Assembly: GCA_964537405.1 (NCBI GenBank)
Contig: CAZIBS010000002.1
Coordinates: 1-61,287 of the forward strand
Length of the DNA stretch: 61,287 nucleotides
Origin: an uncultured Thermoanaerobaculia bacterium
Lineage (GTDB): Bacteria; Acidobacteriota; UBA4820; DSQY01
Direction: 5' to 3'
This document shows, one piece after another, positions 54,664-61,287 of this stretch. Below the pieces are notes generated by a model. That model ran no database searches. It was not told the DNA's origin and was given only the letters and a program-made list of their open reading frames with translations. The first letter of the stretch is position 1; every line of letters starts with the position of its first letter. The translations under genes and the position numbers were made by a program.

Positions 54664-54683
54664 CCCGACCTGTCGGGCTTTTT
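54664..54683 (+). terminator. rho-independent terminator-like hairpin
   Basis: CCCGA-CCTG-TCGGG followed by CTTTTTG. It lies 224 nt after the TonB-like stop and upstream of the trpS promoter. Confidence 0.4.
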
Positions 54684-54730
54684 GCGGCTATCCGCATCAA
54701 CCGTCGCGGGATCCCGGGCCCTCTGCTTCG

Positions 54731-54760
54731 TTGGCCGAAAGTGTGATCCTCTGCTAGAAT
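54731..54760 (+). promoter_or_regulatory. sigma-70 promoter candidate for trpS
   Basis: TTGGCC, 18 nt, then TAGAAT with a TG extended -10. GGGGAGAGGA Shine-Dalgarno before the ATG at 54788. Confidence 0.45.
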
Positions 54761-54787
54761 GCTCAATCTTGGGGAGAGGACGACACC

Positions 54788-55750
54788 ATGCGCATTCTTT
54801 CGGGCATACAGCCCTCCGGAAAACTTCACGTAGGCAACTATTTAGGCGCAATGCGGCAGCACCTTGAACTTCAAAACAAGGGCGAGGCCTTCTACTTCAT
54901 CGCCGACCTCCACGCCCTGACGACGGTTAAGGCTCCGGACACGTTGAGGAAAAACGTGCGCGACGTGGCGCTCGACTACCTCGCCCTGGGCCTTGACCCC
55001 GACGCATGCACCTTCTATCGCCAATCGGACGTTATCGAAGTAACTGCGCTGTCGTGGCTGCTGACGACCGTTACGTCCATGGGCTTGCTCGAACGCTGCC
55101 ACTCATACAAGGACAAGATAGCCAAGGGCCTGAGCCCCGACCACGGTCTCTTCGCCTACCCGGTTCTCATGGCGGCGGACATCCTGATCGTCGATTCGAC
55201 GACCGTGCCCGTCGGCAAGGACCAGAAACAACACGTAGAGGTGACGAGGGACATTGCCCAACGTTTCAACAGCCTATACGGCAAAACCTTCGTCATCCCC
55301 GAAGCCCGCATTCTTCCCAACGCCGGAATAGTGCCGGGCATTGACGGGCAGAAGATGAGCAAGTCCTACGGGAATACGATTGGCATTTTTCTCGAAGGCA
55401 AGGAATTGAAGAACAGGGTTTTTTCTATCGTCACCGACTCCGCTCCCGTGGAAGCGCCCAAGGATCCCGGCGGCAACAACGTTTTCAACCTCCTGAAGTT
55501 TTTCTGCACACCGGGGGAAGCGTCGGAATGGCGCGAACGTTTTCTCGCCGGCGGTCTTAAGTACTCCGACGCCAAGAAACGGCTTTACGAGCTGCTCAGT
55601 GAGACATTCGGCGAAGCAGCCGCGCGCAGAAGAGAGCTTGTCAAGCATCCGGATTACGTTGAAGACGTTCTCAAAAAAGGCGCCATGCGGGTCAAACCGG
55701 TGGCGCAGGCCACCCTGGATAGGGCGAGAAGGGCCTGCGGGATCGCCTGA
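54788..55750 (+). CDS. trpS: tryptophan--tRNA ligase
   Basis: HIGH-type motif (SGKLHVGNYLG) and KMSKS are present. 320 aa. Confidence 0.95.
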   Translation: MRILSGIQPSGKLHVGNYLGAMRQHLELQNKGEAFYFIADLHALTTVKAPDTLRKNVRDVALDYLALGLDPDACTFYRQSDVIEVTALSWLLTTVTSMGLLERCHSYKDKIAKGLSPDHGLFAYPVLMAADILIVDSTTVPVGKDQKQHVEVTRDIAQRFNSLYGKTFVIPEARILPNAGIVPGIDGQKMSKSYGNTIGIFLEGKELKNRVFSIVTDSAPVEAPKDPGGNNVFNLLKFFCTPGEASEWRERFLAGGLKYSDAKKRLYELLSETFGEAAARRRELVKHPDYVEDVLKKGAMRVKPVAQATLDRARRACGIA

Positions 55751-55790
55751 AGGATAGTATGGTTTTAACGCTGAAAGGAGGTTCATTCAA

Positions 55791-56984
55791 ATGTCGTATC
55801 CGCAATCTTCCGTCAAGATGCTAAAGGACAAACAACGCATGAAAGCGACGCTCGCCATCCTGGCTGCCGCTCTCTTCGCATTTCCTGTCTTCGGCGCCGC
55901 CCCGCCAAAGATAAAAGCGCCCTCGCTCCGGAGCGTGCGCGCGACCATGGGCATACCTTCAACGAGCCTTGCCTTGCGGGGACAGCGGGATGCCGTTGGT
56001 TACGCTTCGACGGCCGCGCAAATGGCGGAAGTATGGAAAGCATCTACGTCGCCTCCACTGCCCATGGTTCTCGGAAAGGCCGTGAATGCCCCGGTTGCCG
56101 GCATTCTCTGCCCTCACGACGACTACGTCTACGCCGGGCGCGTCTACCGGAAGCTCGTACCTCTTGTTAAGGCTGAAACCGTCGTGGTTATCGGGGTTTT
56201 TCACGCATGGCAACGCTTCGGGGCGAGGAACGTCTTGATCTTCGACCGCTACAAGGCGTGGCGGAGTCCCGACGGCCCCATCGTCGTCTCCAACCTGAGG
56301 GAGGACCTTATCAAGCGGTTGCCGAAGGCCGAAAGGATTCAGAACACCGCGATGCAGGACGAGGAGCACTCGGTCGAAGCCATCGTCTACTGGTTGAAAC
56401 ACGTTGACCCGGCCGTTCAAATCGTACCCATACTGGTGCCTGAAATGAATTTTGCCAGGATGCGGAAGTTGGCCGCCGACCTTGGAGACGCGCTGAAGGG
56501 TTCGATGGCCGTGCGAAGCTGGAAAGTGGGCAGGGACGTTGACGTCGTTATCTCCTCGGACGCCGTTCACTACGGCCCTGACTTCGATTACACCCCCTAT
56601 GGACCCGGAGGAGTAAGCGCCTACACGAAAGCCACGGCGCAAGACCTACGTCTACTAAAGGGACCTCTCGAAGGAAGGCTGACCACGGGAAAAGCGCGGC
56701 TGATCTTCGGCGCCCTCTGCGACGCTGCGAACCCCGAGAAGTACCGAATCACGTGGTGCGGCCGCTTCAGCGTTCCCTTCGGCATGTTGCTGCTTAACCA
56801 ATTGGCCGATATCAGGGAAGTTCCACTGGCTTACGCCACGTCGGTCGGTTGGCCGGAGCTGAAGATGAAGGGCCGCCTTCCGGCAGCAACGGCGCCCGAC
56901 AGCTTATACCACTTTGTAGGCTACCCGGGCGTGGAGTTCGTAGCCGCGGGCGCTGCCAAGCCCAAGACTCTTAACCTTAAATAG
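55791..56984 (+). CDS. secreted Memo-like (AmmeMemoRadiSam protein B-like) family protein
   Basis: Signal peptide (ATLAILAAALFAFPVFGA). The motifs CPHDDYVYAGRVY and ISSDAVHYG resemble the Memo-family PHAGYxYSG and SSDLSHY. The assignment is from memory only. Confidence 0.6.
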   Translation: MSYPQSSVKMLKDKQRMKATLAILAAALFAFPVFGAAPPKIKAPSLRSVRATMGIPSTSLALRGQRDAVGYASTAAQMAEVWKASTSPPLPMVLGKAVNAPVAGILCPHDDYVYAGRVYRKLVPLVKAETVVVIGVFHAWQRFGARNVLIFDRYKAWRSPDGPIVVSNLREDLIKRLPKAERIQNTAMQDEEHSVEAIVYWLKHVDPAVQIVPILVPEMNFARMRKLAADLGDALKGSMAVRSWKVGRDVDVVISSDAVHYGPDFDYTPYGPGGVSAYTKATAQDLRLLKGPLEGRLTTGKARLIFGALCDAANPEKYRITWCGRFSVPFGMLLLNQLADIREVPLAYATSVGWPELKMKGRLPAATAPDSLYHFVGYPGVEFVAAGAAKPKTLNLK

Positions 56985-57061
56985 AACCCGGGGGCGCCCG
57001 CGCACTTTCTCCCGATACCCGTGGTCCCCGAGTCCGGGGATCCCGCGGTCAAAGAGAGGCG

Positions 57062-58423
57062 TCAGCCGACCCATACGCTCTTTATATTGACGAACTCCCT
57101 GATTCCGAAGACGCCCAGCTCTCGGCCATAGCCCGATTGTTTCACTCCGCCGAAGGGCATCCTGGGATCGGATTTGACAATGCCGTTAACAAAGACGGCG
57201 CCGGCCTCCACCATGGCGGCGAGTTTCTCACCCCTGGTTGTATCGCGGGTCCATATGCTCGCTCCAAGGCCGAAGCCGGAGGCGTTGGCCAAGGCGATGG
57301 CGTGATCGGCGTCCCCGGCGGTGATTACCGCCGCTACGGGGCCGAAGGTTTCCTCGTCAAAGGCCGCCATACCGGGCTTCACATCGGTAATAACCGTTGG
57401 TTCATAGAAAAAACCCTTGGTTTCCAGCCGCTTCCCACCGGTCAGAAGGCGCGCGCCGGCGGCCACGGTACGCTCCACTTGACCCTGTAAGTCCTCAAGC
57501 AGGTCCAGGCGGGCAAGCGGACCAACCTTCGTTGAACGCTTCGCCGGGTCTCCCACAACCAGCTTTTTCATTTCACCAACCAAGGCCTTCTCGAAAGCCT
57601 CCTCAACCGGCGCTTCTATGATGAAACGCTTGGCTGCTATGCAGCTCTGGCCGCTGTTAAGCGTTCTTGCCACGGCAGCCGAACGAGCCGCCTCTTCCAC
57701 GTCCGCGTCGGCCAGGACAATGAAGGGATCGGAGCCTCCGAGTTCAAGGACGCTCTTCTTCAAGACCGCCCCCGCTTGAGCCGCCACGGCCCGGCCCGCA
57801 GGGTCGCTACCCGTTAATGTTACGGCGCACACCGCCGGGTGGCGTATGATTCCCTCCACGGCGGATGAACCCATGAGCAGCGACTGGAAGAGCCCCTCGT
57901 CAAAGCCGGCCTCACGAAAAACGTTTTCTATGGCGATGGCGCAGCCCGTAACGTTTGAGGCGTGTTTTAGAAGAGCCACGTTTCCGGCCATCAGTGCCGG
58001 TGCCGCGAATCGTAAGACCTGCCAGAAGGGAAAGTTCCACGGCATTACGGCGAGGACGGGACCGATTGGGTCGAAGCGGACGAAGCTGTGCGAACCATCG
58101 GTTTTGACCTCCTCGGGTGAAAGAAAAGCCTCGGCCTCTTCGGCGTAGAAGTCACAGACCCACGCGCACTTCTCTACCTCCGCTTCGGCCTCCACTATGG
58201 GTTTGCCCATCTCCCGCGTCATCAGCGCCGCGTAACTCGCCTTCCCCCGGCGCAGTCCGGCAGCGGCCCGTTTCATCAGACGACCTCGTTCGGCAAAGGA
58301 AGTAGTCCTCCAGGAACCGAAGGCTCTAACGGCTCGTTGCAACCGCTCCTCCACCTCTGCCGGGTCGTGCTCCCGGTACTCCCTAATAACCTCTTGTGTC
58401 GTCGGATTTACGCTTATCATCAC
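57062..58423 (-). CDS. NAD(P)+-dependent aldehyde dehydrogenase, succinate-semialdehyde dehydrogenase-like
   Basis: 453 aa with the catalytic Glu (LELGGSDP) and Cys (SGQSCIAAKR) motifs and the GSxxxG cofactor motif. Confidence 0.9.
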   Translation of the reverse strand: MMISVNPTTQEVIREYREHDPAEVEERLQRAVRAFGSWRTTSFAERGRLMKRAAAGLRRGKASYAALMTREMGKPIVEAEAEVEKCAWVCDFYAEEAEAFLSPEEVKTDGSHSFVRFDPIGPVLAVMPWNFPFWQVLRFAAPALMAGNVALLKHASNVTGCAIAIENVFREAGFDEGLFQSLLMGSSAVEGIIRHPAVCAVTLTGSDPAGRAVAAQAGAVLKKSVLELGGSDPFIVLADADVEEAARSAAVARTLNSGQSCIAAKRFIIEAPVEEAFEKALVGEMKKLVVGDPAKRSTKVGPLARLDLLEDLQGQVERTVAAGARLLTGGKRLETKGFFYEPTVITDVKPGMAAFDEETFGPVAAVITAGDADHAIALANASGFGLGASIWTRDTTRGEKLAAMVEAGAVFVNGIVKSDPRMPFGGVKQSGYGRELGVFGIREFVNIKSVWVG

Positions 58424-58541
58424 TTTCTACCTCCATACGGCCGCCACGATGGCCGTCTTTGATTATTCTACCGCATCCGCTATTGGTCCCGTTAGAATTA
58501 TACGGAATAAAGTGGACCCCGTTGTCAAGACAAGGGGTCCA

Positions 58542-58718
58542 CCATAATCCACCGCCTAACCGAGGACCGAGGGCGGCGGGGAAGGCTTAGATGCAAGGCG
58601 CCGAGACGATTTGAGCGCAGGCGTAGTAGCGCTACGTTGAGCATCAAATCGGCGAAAGCAACACCGCAGATGAGCCTTATCCCGCGGTACGAATCCCGGT
58701 GCAGGTGGTGAATTATGG
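58542..58718. repeat. 177-nt rod-folding intergenic element, copy 2
   Basis: 174 of 177 nt are identical to 32068-32244, in the same orientation. Confidence 0.85.
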
Positions 58719-59064
58719 TTTACTTTAAGCTGCCGGGGTAATTCTTCCCACCCACCCACATCAGGAACCCAGGCGTCGTGGTGTCCACCAGGAAGAAACT
58801 TGGTCGTAACAGGGTAACCCCTTAATTCCCAACACATTACGAACCTAGCGCCATCCGGTTCTTACCTGGAATATCCGCTATATATGGGAACTGCCATAGC
58901 ATGTTGTACAAGGCTTGTGAGGTCCATACGTTGAAGGTGTTAAGGCTACATCATGGCGCCCAAAAACACCCTTATAGGATGTATATCAATCAATCACTTG
59001 CATCACTTCAGGTGGTGGAAGAGCCGTTACAGGTAGGATTTCTTACAATTCGGGACCGATCGGC

Positions 59065-59565
59065 CTACCTGTAGTTTCCGAAGGTCAGTTCGACGCCGAA
59101 ATCTTTTTCCTTCAGGAGGGCGATGACACCCTGAAGGATATCTCGCGAGGGACCGGAAACACGGACCTTTTCACCTTCTATCGAGGCCTGTATCTTTTTA
59201 AGCCTGGCTTCCTTGATGATTTTTACCATTTTGCGGCACGTCTCAATATCCAGCCCGGACACAAGTTCGACCTCCTGTTTGATTCTGTCGCCACCGACCC
59301 TTTGAAGGGCGCCCCTCCGGCAGTTGCTTATGGGAACCTTCCGCCGAAGGAGCTTCGAAAGGAGAATCTCCCACATCGCCTTGAGCTTCATGTCGTCGGG
59401 CGCTTCCAGAAGAATAAGGTTGTCGGACTTCTTGAGTTCCAGGATGGTCTTCACGCCCTTGAAGTCGTAGCGTTGGGCTATCTCCTTCCGGGACTGGTTC
59501 ACGGAATTCTGGACCTCCATGAGGTCCACGCCGGTAGTTACGTCAAAGGACTCGTTTTTTGCCAT
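59065..59565 (-). CDS. yajQ: YajQ-family (UPF0234) nucleotide/c-di-GMP-binding protein
   Basis: 166 aa. N-terminus SFDVTTGVDLMEVQNSVNQSRKEIAQRYDFKG is typical of the family. Confidence 0.9.
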   Translation of the reverse strand: MAKNESFDVTTGVDLMEVQNSVNQSRKEIAQRYDFKGVKTILELKKSDNLILLEAPDDMKLKAMWEILLSKLLRRKVPISNCRRGALQRVGGDRIKQEVELVSGLDIETCRKMVKIIKEARLKKIQASIEGEKVRVSGPSRDILQGVIALLKEKDFGVELTFGNYR

Positions 59566-59607
59566 GTAAAAGCTCCTATCAACAGCACTGTAAGGGCCTG
59601 CCGCAGT

Positions 59608-60873
59608 TTACTTTTTTACGTCTCCGGTTGCCGCGCCGTGAAGTTTAACCTCCACCTTGTTTTCCAGGTGGTCGTAGTAATCCTTGAGGACGGCTATGAC
59701 TTCGGGCTTGGAAAACTCCTTGGGCACCGGTTTCCCTTCGCTCATCAGTTTCCTCAGCATCGTGCCGGAAAGAAGCAGTCTGGCGCCGCTCCTGTACTCG
59801 CCGTTCTCGTCGATTACGGCCTTCTCGTCGTGGGGACAGGTTTTCATCGACGCCATGGAACCGCACTTGAAGCAGTAGAAGGTCCAGTCCATACAAAGGG
59901 GCTGGAGCTTCAACGATCCGCGGGGAATTTCGTGGAAGATACCCTGGGCGTCGAAGGGTCCGTAGTAGTCGCCTACTCCGGCGTGGTCACGACCGACGAT
60001 GAGGTGGGAGCAACCGTAGTTCTGGCGAAAGACGGCGTGGAGAAGCGCTTCCCTGGGACCGGCATAGCGCATTTCGAGGGGGTATCCGCCCTGGATGACG
60101 CGCTCCTTGCGGAAGTAGTTGTTCACGAGGGCGTCTATCGCCTTGACCCTTACCTTGGCGGGAATGTCGCCCGGCTTCAACTTGCCTACGAGCTGGTGAA
60201 TGTAGACTCCATCGCAAACCTCGATGGCTATCCAGGCAAGGTAGGCGTGGGAGTTGTGCATGGGGTTGCGGAGTTGCAATGCCGCCACCGTGGTCCACCC
60301 CCGTTCATCGAACATCTTTCTGGCTTCGGCGGGGCGTTGGTAGATCTTGCCGAACATCTCAGGATAGTAGGATTCGGAAAGAACCTTGACGGAACCGGCC
60401 AGATTCACCTCGGCCTGGGCCATAACCTTTTGTACGCCGGGGTGCGCTTCGTCGGTGGTCTTGAAGACCTGACGGCATTCGTGGGCCTTGTCGATAGTGT
60501 ATTTCTCGGTGACCCTCATGGTTCCCATGAGGGTGTTGGTCTCGGTGTCCAGGAGGGCCACCTCCTCGTTGGGAGCGATGGAATCGGCGAGGGTCTTCTC
60601 GGCCGACAGTGTTATGGGAATAGGCCAGAAGAGGTCGTTCTTGGCGGGCATGGTGAAGGTGTCGCAGCACCCCAGCCAGTCGGCTTTGCCCATGAATCCA
60701 TCAAGAGGGGTAAAAGCGCCGATGCCCATCATAATGAGGTCTCCCGTCTCCCGGCTGGTAAGCGGAATCGTCTTCATGCCCGCGGTTTTTCCGATCTCTT
60801 CCTCCCGTGCCCGACCCTCAAGAAGAAGCGGTTTCAGCGTGTCGCTGCCGTGTGGAGCTACCAGTTTACTCAT
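59608..60873 (-). CDS. sat: sulfate adenylyltransferase (ATP sulfurylase)
   Basis: [13 protein letters not shown] and GRDHAGVG motifs are present. I chose the ATG at 60873, preceded by GAGGAGG ([16 protein letters not shown]...). Confidence 0.9.
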   Translation of the reverse strand: MSKLVAPHGSDTLKPLLLEGRAREEEIGKTAGMKTIPLTSRETGDLIMMGIGAFTPLDGFMGKADWLGCCDTFTMPAKNDLFWPIPITLSAEKTLADSIAPNEEVALLDTETNTLMGTMRVTEKYTIDKAHECRQVFKTTDEAHPGVQKVMAQAEVNLAGSVKVLSESYYPEMFGKIYQRPAEARKMFDERGWTTVAALQLRNPMHNSHAYLAWIAIEVCDGVYIHQLVGKLKPGDIPAKVRVKAIDALVNNYFRKERVIQGGYPLEMRYAGPREALLHAVFRQNYGCSHLIVGRDHAGVGDYYGPFDAQGIFHEIPRGSLKLQPLCMDWTFYCFKCGSMASMKTCPHDEKAVIDENGEYRSGARLLLSGTMLRKLMSEGKPVPKEFSKPEVIAVLKDYYDHLENKVEVKLHGAATGDVKK

Positions 60874-60989
60874 CCATAACCTCCTCGAAATGAGCCTACA
60901 TGGGTATCCAATGATCCTACGCGGGTGGGCTGTGGACATCCACCCATTCTTGTACATCGTACTACACCGCTTTCAATAAAACACGCCGG

Positions 60990-61020
60990 CCTCGGTCCCC
61001 GGCTAGATGGCGGATTCAAG
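60990..61020 (+). repeat. isolated copy of the element-family 3' motif
   Basis: CCTCGGTCCCCGGCTAGATGGCGGATTCAAG. It contains the exact 15-mer and resembles CCTCGGTCCTCGGTTAG of the 177-nt elements. Confidence 0.4.
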
Positions 61021-61245
61021 TGAAGAATTCGGTGTTGTGTCCCGAATGGCGCTAACTCAAGGTTTCTTGTATTTGTTTCTATGGGGAATCTCTTTGAATT
61101 CGGTTCTTGAAAGGTTTGGTGCCGGGGATTACGACGCCCGGACGGGAAGACGGCTTCCGATAGATTCGGGGCCTGCCACGGAGTTCAGCGCCTTCAACCC
61201 ACCGCTCTTTCGGGTTATACTTCGGGCGGAGGGACGCCGGTGTTC

Positions 61246-61287
61246 ATGAAAAACCAGCGCGTGGGCAAGTACAGGATCAAGGCTCCC
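61246..61287 (+). CDS. possible start of a CDS running off the right edge
   Basis: ATG then MKNQRVGKYRIKAP..., only 14 codons visible. A G.Y.I start is reminiscent of Ser/Thr kinases, but that is a guess. Confidence 0.25.
   Translation, partial: MKNQRVGKYRIKAP

Noticed and set aside
59302-60879. 525-aa plus-strand ORF
   Set aside because: It is antisense to sat, which has unmistakable ATP-sulfurylase motifs. Long shadow ORFs of this kind are expected in GC-rich DNA. The same reasoning applies to these ORFs:
- 14309..15358
- 12997..13878
- 13667..14188
- 17882..18880
- 16727..17434
- 19151..19990
- 5261..5929
- 5844..6560
- 41230..42237
- 46268..46933
- 49270..50076
- 49782..50621
- 34847..35824
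- 53775..54455
- 55959..56642
61007-61249. 80-aa plus-strand ORF (MADSSEEF...), plus the analogous MADSGWSF start at 32005 and the ORF at 2277..2492
   Set aside because: In the first two, the ATG is supplied by the repeated 15-mer TAGATGGCGGATTCA, and the ORF at 2277..2492 merely reads through that motif. The downstream sequences are unrelated and not protein-like, so these are artefacts of the repeat.

Overview
A 61.3-kb, GC-rich, densely coding chromosomal segment from a diderm bacterium. I count about 50 CDS. I saw no rRNA, tRNA, CRISPR array, transposase, integrase or phage genes.

Recognisable backbone:
- Envelope biogenesis: lolCD, bamA, skp, lpxD, fabZ, lpxA, a TonB-like protein and an HtrA protease.
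- Fatty-acid synthesis: acpP and fabF.
- Translation: lysS, trpS and an RluA-family synthase.
- Metabolism: an MCC-beta-like acyl-CoA carboxyltransferase with an enoyl-CoA hydratase, pepD, a succinate-semialdehyde-type aldehyde dehydrogenase and ATP sulfurylase.
- Transport: a czcCBA-ordered RND efflux operon and a NitT/TauT-type ABC transporter.
- Regulation: two sigma-54 enhancer-binding proteins, one of them paired with a PAS histidine kinase.
- Three different c-di-GMP effector types: PilZ, MshEN and YajQ.

No classical defence or mobile system is visible. The unusual content is mostly non-coding or degenerate:
1. Two 177-nt, 98 percent identical, rod-folding intergenic elements lie 26 kb apart. 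Diverged relatives and shared end motifs occur at several other intergenic sites, including an exact 15-mer present three times.
2. Four well-formed sigma-54 promoters are present. Two sit in a 58-nt, 86 percent identical cassette bracketed by TTCC-N4-6-GGAAAC palindromes.
3. A PilB/GspE-family protein keeps a canonical MshEN c-di-GMP-binding module and the zinc motif but has lost its ATPase motifs.
4. The bamA 3' end is tandemly duplicated, leaving a translationally coupled 62-aa ORF.
5. A signal-peptide-bearing 1031-aa ankyrin-repeat protein lies behind a sigma-54 promoter.
6. An RluA-family synthase lacks the catalytic Asp.

All calls come from reading the sequence and the ORF translations by eye. 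No database search was run.
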